Below are positions 38,780 to 51,249 of a stretch of DNA of 64,000 nucleotides, one piece after another. The stretch covers positions 8,494,001 to 8,558,000 of the forward strand of contig JANJGN010000035.1 of the NCBI GenBank assembly GCA_026770705.1. The letters run 5' to 3'. The number at the start of each line of letters is the position of its first letter. Position 1 is the stretch's first letter. Made by a program: the position numbers and the translations under genes. Source of the DNA: Isurus oxyrinchus (Eukaryota). The notes beneath the pieces were generated by a model. That model was given only the letters and a program-made list of their open reading frames with translations, was not told the DNA's origin and ran no database searches.

Positions 38780-41640
38780 CCGTTACTTCCCGCAGCAAAT
38801 TACTCATAATGGAACTGAGAAAGCTGCAACATCTGATGCCTTAATGTTTATTTAGCATCATATTTTAAGTGTGAAAAGTTTGATTATGCTGAGCCCAGAC
38901 TGATTGAAAGCTGTAGTTCGGAACATGCAGTTCTATTCACTCAGAGCAATCAAAAAAAGCAGAGCTAGTAGGATGTCTGCAAAAGATGTTTCCAGTAGAG
39001 CAGTCAGTTGAAAGCTCAGTAATGTTCGGAATCCGCTCCCCTGGCCAATGTAGAGCTGCAAAAGCTGAATTGGATCTAGAAATCCTCGAGCGGGGAAAGG
39101 GGAGAGGCAAAGTGAGAGGGAAAGAGTAATCTAGCAGGTGTGGGAAAGGGAGAAAGAGAGGGAAGAGTTTGCAAGGGAACAAGAAATAAAAAACGTATTC
39201 AAGCTCCGAAAACTACAAATGGAGTTAACATTTCAAGGGGAGAGAGGGAATAGGCAATTTGGCGCAGGGAGGATTCATTTCCCCAGGAGAAGTGGGATGA
39301 ATGTATGGAACTCGGGGGAAGAGACTGCAAAGTTCTTCAGCAAATTGATATAGGGAGTGAAAACGTATTGGAGCTGTTGGCCGGCTTAAAAGTGGACAAA
39401 TCTCACGGTCAGGATTATTGGTGTGCAGGACTGTTATGGAAGTCAAAGGGAAAGATCGCAGGGGTTCTGACCCAATTTTTAAATTCCTTTCTTGCCACGG
39501 GGGAGGAGCAAGAGGAATGGAGAAGAGCCAATCTGGTTCCACTCTTTCAGAACAGTTGTGGAGAAAAGCAAATTAGTCTCACATCACTGGTAGTCACATT
39601 AATGGAGAAATTTCAGAATCAGTGTGTCTATATCCAATAGGAGAGGCAAGGTTTGATAAGAGATAGTAAGAGCGGTTTGTCAGAGGGAGGTCATGAGTAA
39701 CACATTTAATTGAATGTCTTGTGGAGGCGACCAGGGTCGTCCAGTTGATGTATTTGATATGGATATGGATTTCAGCAAAACGTTTGACAAGTTTCCACAT
39801 GGGATACTTATAAAGAAGGCAAAGGGACATCGGACCAAGGATAATGTTATTAATTGGGTTCAAAATTTGCTTAGTAGTAGCAGACAGAATGTGATGACAG
39901 AAGGATGCTTTAGTGAATGGAAGCCAGTGTGCAGTTGCACACCACAGCGATCTCTGCTCGGTCCCGTATTATTTGTCATTTATGTAAATAACAGAGATGA
40001 CAACGTGGGTGGTTGGGGGTGTGGTGAGGGGCGGTAGGATTAGTAAGTTTGTGGATGACACAAGAATTGCCCATGTGGTTAGCAGTCAGGTTGAGTGTCT
40101 TGGGCTACAGGAAGATCTAGACAGAATGATCAAATGGGTAGATAAGTGGCAGATGGAATTTAACCCTGAACAGTGAGAGGTTATACACATTGGAATTTGA
40201 CCAATAAGTATTCAATGAACGCCATGACACTGCGAATTTCTTTGGAACAAAAGGACCATGGTTTCTGTGTCTAATGATCTCTGAATGCAGGGAGGCATGT
40301 TAGTGGGTTGAAAAAAAAAGGCATATGGGACACTTGCCTTTTTCAATCGAGGCACATAGTACAAAAGTAGGGAGGTAATGTTGAAGTTGTGTAGAACCTT
40401 CTTATGACTCCAGCTGGTGTACTGTTTGCACTTCTGTTCACCACATTTTAGGCAGGATCTTATTGCAATGGAGAGGTACAGGGGTGATTCACCAGGATGC
40501 TGCCTGCGATGACACATTTAATTTATGAAGATAGGTTGGATAGACATGCGCTGATTTTGTTGTAACATAGAAGACTGTGGGGCGAATTGTTCATGCTGTT
40601 CAAGATTATGAGGTGCATTGACAGGATGAATAGGAAGCCGCTCTTCCCCTTATTAGAAGGGTCAGTCATGAGCGGACACAAATTCAAGTTGAGGGGCAGG
40701 AGATTTCTTGGGGATATGAGGAAAAACCATTTTACCCAGAGGGGGTGACGGTCTGGAATGCAACGCCTTGGAGGCTAGTGGAGGGGGGTTCCTCAGATCG
40801 TTTAAAAAGTGCATGGGTAAGCTCTTGAGCCGTTATACATTCAAGGCTTTGGGCCAAGTGCTGTTAAATGGGATAAGATAGTTAGGTCAGAAGTTCCTCA
40901 TGTGTTGGTGCAGAATCGATGGGCCGTATGGCCTCTTCTACTCAGTGATTCTGCGATCCCGTGATTCTGTGTGATTTCTTTCTTTCCAGCAGCATCCCCA
41001 ACCCAATAACTCAAAGGAACTCCCTTAGGTTCTCAAGTGTGCGAGATTCCTACCCAAGATACAAGTGAGTGATTGGGAGTCATTCATAAATTCCCAGAAA
41101 ATAGCAGGGCTGCTAAAATGGCTCACAGATATTTGCAGATATTTGATTCAGGGGATCTGTCAGGGAGAGGCCGAGAAGTCCAAATTAGGTATCCTTGAAT
41201 CTTGAACTGGCTGAACTTTCCTTCCTAAATATCTACTGTTTCGTCATAGAGACCATGAGCAAGTACAGGACGCTCGTCAAGATGAAAATCAAAACCTACA
41301 ACGAACTTGTACGAGTGAAGCAAATCATATTCTCAAAGGCTGATAAGTTCCCTAAATATCCCATGGATCTTTGAGTGATTTTATGAGCTAGTACAGATGG
41401 AAGAGACCAAAAATTAACGACTCTTAAACATGCGGCATCACCTTGAGGAACATAGAATCGTCTATGCTAGTCATGCATTCAGAGCATTTAGTAGTGACCT
41501 TAAACCTAGTCCTTAAATCTAGGCAGATCCTTCCCTAAATATAACCATAAGTGTTGGAAAGCGAAGCAGGGCATTACAGATAGGAAATGTCCCCAGAACT
41601 GAAAGATAAAGAAGAGAGTGACAGAAGCTGCCCCTCCACT
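38780..41640 (+). mobile_element. Gypsy-type (SCAN-containing) gag remnant split by a CR1
   Basis: E/R/K-rich coiled coil (REKEREEFAREQEIKNVFKLRKLQME, 39138-39230). After the CR1, TYNELVRVKQIIF-like SCAN-gag remnants appear at ~41295-41330. Confidence 0.55.
39300..40975 (+). mobile_element. CR1 LINE (RT to 3' end)
   Basis: Encodes VLELLAGLKVDKSHG, EEWRRANLVPLF, DMDFSKTFDKFPHG, PQRSLLGPVLFVIYVN and KFVDDT. Tail gtgattctgcgatcccgtgattctgtgtgatt. Confidence 0.92.
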
Positions 41641-41649
41641 CTATAGCAC

Positions 41650-42445
41650 AAATGGTGACTGCCAGGAGTGTCATGTATTCCACTTGCAGACCAGCATGCT
41701 GCAGAGGATGAAGGAAGACAATTTGTGCATAAAAATTGAAGGATTTGCCACCGAAGTACCCCCTGCTGGGTTGTGCAGCAGTTACTCGCTAATCAAACTT
41801 ATCCAGGATATGATAGTCATGTTGTATGCCTCAGCTGGAGTGAAGCACAGAGAGTATCTGGAAATCTATCATTTCAGGAGTGGCATTTCTGTACTCGGCG
41901 CAAAATGTTTGCAAGACCCAGGCACAGATCCAGGACACAGATGCCAGCCAGACCATAATTTAAGAGGGAACACGAAATTTAAGCATCGAGCGCTCCCTGA
42001 AGCCTAAAGAACTGGTCAGAGGAGTTGAAAGAGGACCTATGTTTGCACCGCTCAATGAGGTCAACATAGAGTATAACATTGTTTCAGGCCCAGGAATAGT
42101 AGGAATTTTCTGTATGCTAAAAGAAGCAGGATAATGTCATCTTTAGGTCCGAGTCGCCTTCCAACCAGTTGCTAGCAATTTTACAGAAGAGAATTCAAGA
42201 TCAAGCAGAAGAAACAAGCAATCGGGCAGAAGTCTAGAAAAGGTCAAGCGGTTCTTGTGAGAGAATAGCACCCATGGATCGAAAGAAAAAAGGCGGCAGT
42301 CAGCAATACAGCAAAATGCAAGGGAAATTAATTGGCCAAAAGTGCCTTCACAGTGCAAGGAAAACAAGACGGGCAATTGGCAAAGTAACAGTATTATGAT
42401 GTAAACAGCAGATCCACATAAGGGTTGATTACAAAAAGCTACTGA
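41650..42445 (-). pseudogene. Large LRR + LRRCT (+ Ig start) exon, degenerate
   Basis: gaccttag|TCA.. opens with ILLLCQLPVLFSLHCEGTFGQLISLAFCCIADCRLFSFDPWVLFSHKNRLTF (extracellular-type LRR). Then WLASVSWICAWVLQTF..(fs)DTLCASLQLR (LRRCT) and FILCSML..SWQSP (Ig start). Confidence 0.6.
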
Positions 42446-42539
42446 CTAAGGTCAATTAAACAAAAAACGTATCAGCAAAAACGCAACATAATGGGCGCCA
42501 TTACATTTGAATTAGAATTAGAAAAGTACGGACCGAAGG

Positions 42540-43950
42540 GAATAAATTCTAACTTCCCTGCATTGTCCTCCATCTGTCCTCTTGTTTTCTTTCACGTAAC
42601 CTGACTAGAACATTCATGCCCTTTCTATGCATGCCCGACAGCTTAGCTTTCCAAATAATTTGGTATCATCAGCAAATATGACGAATTTTCACTGTCTCAT
42701 CATACATTTTTTTTTATATGCAACAGCAAACATAAAATCAATGGGCAGCTGTAAGACTTCAACTGTCTCCACCGGAACCAAAGCGAATACAACTTCATTT
42801 GGAATTTGTAAAGAGATAATGTATTTCCTGGTGTCTGGTTAAGTCTATGGGCTGTTGCTGCCTTAATGGAGAGTAGTTTGCAAATGTGTTGAAATCCATG
42901 ACTCTATTAATTTGACACCACGTGCATATATACATATATTTGTAACTCATGTAAGTTAATAAAATTAATGATTTAGCTTAATGTAGATACTCGAGAACTG
43001 GTAGTCTGCCTTCTGAATTGAGTGTCGCATCTCAAACTTATCTAATAATATTCTACATCATGACAATTGTTGAAAGTTTCCCTTTTGGATGTTTTAAATA
43101 ACTCAGCTTGGCAACTCCATGAAACATAGCAAAACTAAAACATATTCTCTGCTTTCGACCCATTAAGCAATTCTTTATTTATGATCAAATACAACATCCA
43201 ACATCATGATCCCTCTTCTTGCCTTTGAACCTTTGTTTATAATTATCCTTTAGTAATTATGTAGCATTTACCAAACAACTGCTGTAAGGCTAACTGACCT
43301 GTAGTTAATAAATTTCTACCACCATAATTTATTGAGAAGTGCTGTAATTTTGTCAAACTGCCAATCTAATGGGGCCGTTTCCCAAACTAAGGACTTGTGG
43401 GAAATCATATCCCGCACATGCAGTGTCTCTGCTACTAACTCATTTAGAAATCAAGCTCCTAAACCATCAATCACTGGATTATTTATGTTCCAGCTTCATT
43501 CTTTTAGGTTCCGCAAATAACTTGATTCTGTAACAAATTCTCTTGCCTCTGCTTCAAATTTTATTTACTTTTCTATTTGTTTTCTTCTAAAATATGCTAC
43601 AATCCCTTGTAATATATCCAGTAGGTTTCATCTCATATTCTACACTTTTATCCATTTTGCCATTTTTCCGTTGCCGCTATGCTGATTTACAATGACTAAC
43701 AATGTTCAGACATGTTAACATTTTGCTACAGCGTAAGCCTCTTATTTAAATAAAATACTATTTGTTTTACTTCCTGAGTGAATTACGAATGATCTATCTT
43801 TTGTTTGTCGTGGAATGTATTTTCCTTGAAGACTTCAGTTATTTTTTCCCCCACTGTTCATTCACTTGAGTATCATTTACTCATTTAAAATTCGCCAATT
43901 CTTCCCTCATGCTTATGCAATCAGCCTTGTTTAAGTTTATGGTTGGCGTG
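42540..43950 (-). mobile_element. Highly decayed CR1 fragments
   Basis: Plus-strand ttggtatcatcagcaaat (KFADDTK) and taaggctaactgacctgtagtt (NYRSVSL). Confidence 0.65.
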
Positions 43951-44149
43951 TGTGTGCTTTGGGAGTATCTTTTTCAAATTATCATCCAATTTTGCAATGG
44001 ACCTTTTATTCCATCATCACAAATTAAACCTGCTTTCTTGCACCATACTAGATGTAGGGAACGTTTATCCTTCAGGGGTTACATGACGTAATGGTCCAAG
44101 GAAATGACATGAAACATATTCCGCAAAGTCAACATAAGATTGGTCTTTT

Positions 44150-45530
44150 CAATTGGCAAGGCAGTGACATAGAGGCACTGTCGCTGGACTATTGATCCAG
44201 ATACTCTGCGAAATGCTCCATGTACCATGATTCTAAAGGTGAATATAAATTCATTACGAATCTATCAATAAATGTCAATTGATGATAATGTAAAAAGTAT
44301 CAATTGTTGGAAATCCCATTTTAGTTCACTAATTTAATTTCCTCGTCTGAAATGCATGAGAGTCCTGACTAACAACAGTTTGGTTTAGTGCAAACTGTCC
44401 AAGGAAATGGCCTAGCGATCTACTGAGTTGTATAAACCTGCTAAAAAGGAAGCGAACTGGCTGCCCAGCACATCATCTACTGGGCCTGACAATGGCGAAC
44501 CCATCGTTTTGACCAAGCAAAGGCCTTCGAAGAACATTTGGGAAAAAAAAAATTGGTGCCACACAGACTAGTCAAGCAACAGTCAGAAATATTTCATACT
44601 CATGGAAAAATAAACTACAGAACATGTTCCAGACACCACAATAGTAATCCCTGGGAATTCATATTCGCAAGGGTAGGACAAATTCAGCAGTGTTGGTGAC
44701 ATAAAGGTATACACTTGGGATGGAGTCGTCCTGAGAATTCTCAACATCAACTCTGTAACCCAGGACACTGCAAAGGCTATGGCTCAGACAATATTCCGGC
44801 AGTTGTACTGAAGAATTGTGCCCAAGAACTTGCTGTGCCCCTAGCCAAGATGTTCCATAACAGTTACAGAACAGTTAGAGGCAAAGTGAAAATTTGCGCA
44901 GGTATGACCTCTAAACAAAGAGCATGACAGGCCCAACATAGTCACTTATCGCCCCCATCCTTCAGCTGGCCATGATCAGTCAAATGCTTGTATTTCTAAT
45001 CAATTGCGCCATCAAACAACGAGTGGGCAATTACCTGCTCATTGGCACTAACTAAAATAACCAAAATCCAAAAGCAAGGTGAACATAGTTTCCCTTGACA
45101 TCAAGCAGCATTTGACTGGGCGATCACAAAATTGGAATCAAACCAAGAAGTAAGAACCTGGTTGTTGCTGTTAGAGACTTACATTCTCAGTTCGAAGACA
45201 TGATGTCAGGCGTTCAACATAGAAGCATCCTAGGCCCAAAAAACTCCAACTGTTTCATCAATTGCCTTCCATTTATCATAAAGTCAGAAGAAGGGAATTT
45301 CACTCATGATGGCACAAAGTTCAGAACAATACGCCATTCCTCAGATACAGAAGTGGGCCACATCGAACTACGGCACGACCTGGTCAACATAAGCTTCTGT
45401 TGACATGTGTCAAGCAAAATAAGCGCCAAACATGTGCAAGGCAAAGAAAATCTCCAACCAGAGAGTATTTATTCATTGCCCCTTGACTTGCAATGGCGTT
45501 GGTATTGCTGAATCTCATATTCCAATTTAG
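44150..45530 (+). mobile_element. CR1/L2-group LINE fragment with tRNA-SINE-like 5' segment
   Basis: ORF 44715 (KGYGSDNIPAVVLKNCAQELAVPLAKMF) and ORF 45200 (GVQHRSILGPKNSNCFINCLP). The 5' part resembles the SINE at 55550. Confidence 0.75.
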
Positions 45531-45640
45531 AATACCGATGTTAGCAGAATTAGGTTCATTGGCTTAATGGTTTGCCAGACTGCACCGCTGAAATTGTGCA
45601 TATGAATATTGAAAGCTCCATCATTTACGAAAAAGCTCAC

Positions 45641-45728
45641 CTTAAGCTAGGATGTTGGATGAGTTGAGGGCAACGGTTTAAAGGATTATTTTCCTTGAAT
45701 CTTGTCAGGCCTCAATGGGGAAATTAAG
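45641..45728 (-). pseudogene. Small candidate LRR exon
   Basis: atgcttag|...AAG|gtgagc. Reads FPH*GLTRFKENNPLNRCPQL. Confidence 0.3.
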
Positions 45729-46149
45729 CTAAGCATAAACTGTGCAAAGAACAAGAGTACTGTACGCCATGCAGATAAACAAATTGGCTTTCATTTTCAT
45801 CCTGAAAAGCAAGCAGAATATTTCCAGAGAATGAAAACCAATCCTCAGTCGAAGGATTGTTCAACTTTCAGCTTCAAATGAATTCGTTCATGATTGCCTC
45901 TTCATCGGCAGCTGAGGGAATAAATGACATCAGACTAGACATTTATTCTTTTAAGCCCGCTATTGGCAAGTGTTCCTAGTTTCTAGTTTTTTGGGGGGCA
46001 ATATCGATTTTGACAGCAATTGTGCAGTGGTGAATCCGAACTCTTCATGACACTGTGGTAACATAGTTCTTCTTTTTCCTCACGCCCTAGAAATAACAGA
46101 TTTCTGGTAAGAAGGCAAGGATGTTCTCAATTAGCAGAGTATCACTTAA

Positions 46150-46900
46150 ATGGGTAACGGCTGCATAATCGTGATGGGCAGGGGGATACAGGTATTCCAC
46201 TACAAGAGTTACAGAAAGTTAGCATGCAGGTACAAGTAATTAAGAAGGCTAGTGGAATGGTATATTTTTTTACGAGAGGGTTTGAACATAAAAGTAAGGA
46301 TGGCATCCTTCAGTTATATAGGGCATTATTAAGTCCTCATCTCACATACTGTTGGCAAATTGGTCTCCTTTAAAAAAATTTAACTGCTTTGAAGGCGGTT
46401 CAAATGAAATTCAATAGATTTATTCCTGTGAAGAGAAGATTGCGGTAACAGGATAGGCTAGACAGACAGTTCTTTTTCCAAAGGATTTTCAAAGATTGAC
46501 AGGTAATTTGATTGAATTAAACAATATCCTGCAGGGTCATCAAAAGCTGGACGTCGGAGGATGTTTCCTCGTGTGGGTGAGGCCAGAAGTAGGGGGCACT
46601 GTTTTTAATTTTTGGTCTCCCTTTTTTGCAGAGATGAGATGTTTTGTTCCCTCAGGCGGTTTTGCAACTTTGGAACTGTATGCCTCAGAAGATGTTCTAA
46701 GGGCGATCATTGGATATGTTTAAAGCAGAGGTAGATAGATTGTTGTTTGTTAAAGAAGTCAAAAGATATCGGGGTTGGATGGGAATGTGGAAATCTAAAA
46801 ACAAAAAAATCAGCAATGATGTTATTGATTGACCGAGCAGGTTTGATGGGTGGAAGTCGCTGCACCTGTTCCCTTTTCTTAGGTTCTAAGGTTCATACCT
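46150..46900 (+). mobile_element. CR1 3' fragment
   Basis: aagaaggctagtggaatg..., LQLYRALLSPHL, GNLIELNNIL and a CR1 3' tail. Confidence 0.85.
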
Positions 46901-46999
46901 TAACAAACATAACACTCCCATAAGAATTTTTTAAAAAGTTAGCGCAATAAATATAACAGGTTTGGCATGACTGTGCATCAAAAGCAAATCGAACATTCT

Positions 47000-48525
47000 A
47001 TGCCGCATGCATAACTGAGTGCTATATGGTTGAACAAATTTAAATGGATGACGAGGAAGATCCAAATAAAATGTCTCAGGTATGGTAGGGGGCGGGAGAT
47101 ATTAAGTAATAAAACGTCTTGGAAGAAATGACAAAGATAGTGGTAACAATTTCAGTGAAGTAACAAAGCTTTTGTAAGAGTGACTGAGAATGGCAGAATA
47201 ATGAAAGAGCACTGCCAGGAAGCAAAACGCCGAGATCCAAACATGAACATAACAAAAAGACACATAATTTAACATGTTACAGATGCTTTGGTCTAATTTT
47301 GTTAAACTCAGTGTTCAACTAATAAGTCTGAAAAATGCCTCTGTTCCTCGAACTACTGTTGAAATCCAATGGAATACAGTAGGCAGCTGAAGAGAGAGTG
47401 ATGAGCGTTTGTGCAAGGTGGTGAATTTAAATGGAATGGGAACTGAAGTGCTGAGTTACGATTAGGAAATGATCAGATCGCACAAAGTTTTGAATAAATC
47501 GGTGCTTGCTCGCTCAAATGTAGATAAGGTCGTATTGGAAGCATTCAAAAAGAGAATGGTAAATTGAAGACCGCAATAACATCGATGATTATCGTGGAAG
47601 GAATGTTTGGAGACTTGAACAGTGAACAACAATGAGCTCGTTGGAAAGTTGTTTCATTCGAAGATTCAAAGGAAACTGCCATAAGGTGGGGACCTTCTGC
47701 AGGTGGTGATTGAGACGCAGAAAACGGTGAATTGAAGAGAATGGCTCCTTCAAACTTCCTTCAGGTAGACAAAGATGTATACTTTTGTGGCACCGTGCTG
47801 GAAGTGTTGCAATTGATGTAGGATAATCGTTTGCATCTTTTTGGCGGGTGGTTCAATACGTGACCACATCAGGAAGGGGTGGGCGACGGTGGGTGGAGAT
47901 GTGGAGGGACCCTTTTGCTTCTCCAGAAGACAGTGTGGGAGGTGAGTGGAGATGGGCAGCAAATTGATTGAAGAGTTGAGGCCCTTGTCGAGCATACTGT
48001 GGAGAAAACATTAGTTGAGAAAAAAGGAACACATAGCATTTTTTGAGGCCGTTTCAAACATCAGAAGAGATTGTGCATTGTTGGTACAACTTGGCAATAT
48101 ATTAGATTCCCTTCCATTGCAAGGGTGCGAGTAAATGTAGTTGATGTGCTAGTCGGCGCCAGTAGACTAATAATGAATTTTAGTAGCCAGTCTAAAAGCA
48201 GAAATGTCGAACTTCAGAAGGGCCGTATTTAAGCTAGTCCATTGATGGCAGGAGAAGAGTGGAAATTGGAAGCAAAATCTAGGCTGATTTCCTGTTCTGG
48301 TTGTGAACAGAAATGCTCAGGGAGAGAGACTGAAATGTGGAAAAGTTGGAGGGAGAAGCTACAGGCCTCGTTGGCGGGTGGAAATCTAGGGTCCGAAAAA
48401 GTAATTTTTCCAAACTTGCACAAACATACAAGTATAATAAAGTCCGCTGAGTTCACCGTGCTACTCATTTTATTTGGAGAAAGTGAGACAAGTTTAACGT
48501 GAAATTCATACAGGGAGAAGAAGTT
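47000..48525 (-). mobile_element. Penelope-like retroelement (RT C-terminal + GIY-YIG), decayed
   Basis: ORFs 48229..48468 (CSQPEQEISLDFASNFH) and 47750..47995 (QTIILHQLQHFQHGATKVYIF) match shark PLE ORF motifs. Confidence 0.75.
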
Positions 48526-48710
48526 GGAGTCAGTGAGTCATAGAGTTCTGCAGCAAAGAAAAAGCCCCTCGGCCCATCAAGTCTCCCCGGTCAAACAAGT
48601 GCCCCATTTCCAAGCTTATTTTGGCCAGATGCCGTTGGCCATGGTTTGGGGGAACTAGTCGGGCATCTGTTCATCCATTCTCTGTGATTTGCATGATTAT
48701 CGCAGCTTAC

Positions 48711-49168
48711 AATTATAGTTCAGTCAACAACGTTGGCTTTATGTATTTGGATATAGCTTTAAATAATTTTTGAGCCAGGCATTTTTAACATCAGACGTTT
48801 TCAAGAGCTTGCATTACACATGTTGATGTTCGGAAAATAACATGAACTTTTATATCGTACTTGCAAGGTAATTATATTATTTTCTAGAATCTTGGGAAGA
48901 AACACTTTGTTGGAAGCAAATGATAAATTATCAATAGTTAGGTTATGATCAGAAACTAACTTAAAAAGATCAGTGCCAAAAAGATCAACCACGGGTCTTG
49001 TAGAATTCAACGAAACTGGCAGAATGAGCTCATTTTCACATCAACACTTCCAATTCATTATAAACTTAATTCGCCTGAATGATCAATTGCAGGGCAACAG
49101 TTGACATGGAAGGCTGAGTTTTAAGTTCCATGTCTGAATGTGGAAATAACATTGTTTGAAACATTTTA
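48711..49168 (-). pseudogene. Candidate N-terminal LRR exon
   Basis: Strong acceptor ttttttttcttttgcag| and donor |gtaagc. One frame runs ~120 codons with few stops (..LFKLVSDHNLTIDNLSFASNKVFLPKILENNIITL..). Confidence 0.45.
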
Positions 49169-51249
49169 CTGCAAAAGAAAAAAAATATTCATAGCAATTG
49201 CTGAGCAAATAGAAACATTGGCCATGATCTAATTTTATTGTTGGCAATGGTACAGTGTCAAATCAAAATATACAATGCTACACACTGAACATCCATTAAG
49301 GTACATTGGCTTTGCTGGCTGAAAAAATGCAAACCAGAGCGTCTATGACATGAAGGACTAAGCTAAAATGAAAAGATGTCAGGAGCTCCAATCCATGTTG
49401 TCCGACTGAATATGCGAAATATCGCCATTTCTCCATTTTCCCTTTGGATTATCAAGAGGACCACATTCCAAATATCAAAGCATATAAATAATTATAATTA
49501 TAATTATAATAATAATTAAATATAAATACTTGCATGTTAGGTTTCACCCCGCAAGAGTACCCACTTCTAATAGAGAAAGTCAAAGTGAAAGTGTTAACAT
49601 CATAAGCCTGCATATCCGTATTTATTAGCATGATTCATGCTCCAACAACTCGTTCATAAAAAGGACTGATTCTACGGAGTATAATTCCCAAAACATATTT
49701 TAGCTGCTTGCTTAAAATATATTAACACAGCTTCATTTTGTATTTATTATCAATTCATATAAAAAATATATGACGGAAGGTTTCTCTGCCCTTCTGGCGA
49801 AATTCGATTGGTCATCAACCTGAAAAATATGGGAACAAATGGAACAAACGTATCATTATTGAGTCCATTCCATCATTTATCCTTAATGATGACTGTGCTC
49901 TATTCCATACAATTATTTTAACATTCATGCCTTAATCTGTCTTCGATTATGGGGCACGGGCGACACTTATATGTCCAGCATGTTTTACCTACCACACATT
50001 GCCTTAAAGGATATGGTACCGCTTCACATTCCTGAACCACTGAAGCATGTAAGGCAAAGGGAGGCGCAAATGCTATAAATGAGGATTTTTTCCAATTTGC
50101 CATGAGACCGAGAAAGAAGGGGAATCTTGTTCCAAGAAAGGCATCCGCAATTAGAAAGCCGAGATCTTGCAAGTCATGATGACATGTCTTCATGATTACC
50201 CTTTTTCTTTGTAAATGTTGTTGGTTTTGAAGATGTTCTCAAACATTTCTTGGGGAGCTGACATAGTGATTTCTAGTTATGATGCACACTGCAGGTACTG
50301 TGCGACAGAGGAGGGAAAGATAATCTTTAAGGAAGTGCATGGTGTGCCGACCATTTATCCTGTATGGTTTAGAAAGACGTGCATGTGCCTGAAGCTGATG
50401 CCCTTCAGTTAAATTGTTGTTTTTTTTTACCATACCGCCAACATGCGCATTTTAGAAGCTGAACGCATTTCCAGAATCTGTAGTTGAATGACTCAATTCT
50501 GTTGTCCGCACCGCACCCCACTCTTTGGAGAGGCAGTCTAACAAATAGTTCAGAGCATAGCAATGGGCTCAGTCTGCTTATCCAGGTTTTGCTCCATTCG
50601 AGCCTCCCAAGTTTCCTCACCTAAATCCACCAGCTTAAACATTCATTTTCCATCATATGCGCCTAAATCTTCCCCTTAAATGTGCGCATTTGCATTCATC
50701 GATCCTTGGGATGCAGGCTTCTGTGACAAACCATCATTTATTTAACATTCTTGAGTGCCCTTGTGAAGGCAATGTTGAGCCAAACGCTTAAATGCTATCT
50801 GAACATCCCAATTATTGTTAGGAAATGAGTTCCACTATTTTGGCATAGCCTCAGTGAAAGAACTGCAATAGCATTCCAAGTCTCCATGATGTGTGTCTGG
50901 AAGAGTGTATTGAAGGAGATGGTGTTCAACGGATTCTGCTGTTGTTGTCCTTCTAGGATTTTGAGTTCACGGGTGTGGAAGATATTGGAGAAGAGCAATC
51001 TCATAGACATATATATCATTGCTTTATTTAAAAAAAAAACGTTTTGTAGAAGCTTGACAAAGGCGAAATGCATTGGCACACAATGCCCGTTTGTGAATGA
51101 CAGAGGTCTGTGTGCAAATACATGTCACATTTAGCACGCATTACGGAGCCACATTGTGGGGGTGATAGATAATATTAAATTAGCTCCCTGTGTTATTGTT
51201 AGAACAATAAGTGTGGTTTTCCAAGCGTTGTCGAATAAGAGAATCACCA

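Larger units (their letters stand above)
8200..49168 (-). pseudogene. Decayed multi-exon mosaic receptor-like protein kinase gene (LRR/Ig/MAM/EGF/LDLa/FZ/TSP1 ectodomain + kinase)
   Basis: About 15 AG..GT-bounded minus-strand segments in non-repeat DNA, collinear as N-terminal LRR, then extracellular modules, then kinase subdomains. Many contain stops or frameshifts. No TM exon identified. That they form a single gene is inferred. Confidence 0.55.

Noticed and set aside
41618-42007. 129-aa plus-strand ORF
   Set aside because: No recognisable motif, and it is antisense to the LRRCT-like reading on the minus strand.
8200-49168. Calling the kinase pseudogene ALK/LTK because of MAM-LDLa-MAM
   Set aside because: No Gly-rich region or ALK-like kinase sequence (LGHGAFGEVYEG) is seen, and the additional LRR/Ig/FZ/TSP1 motifs do not fit.
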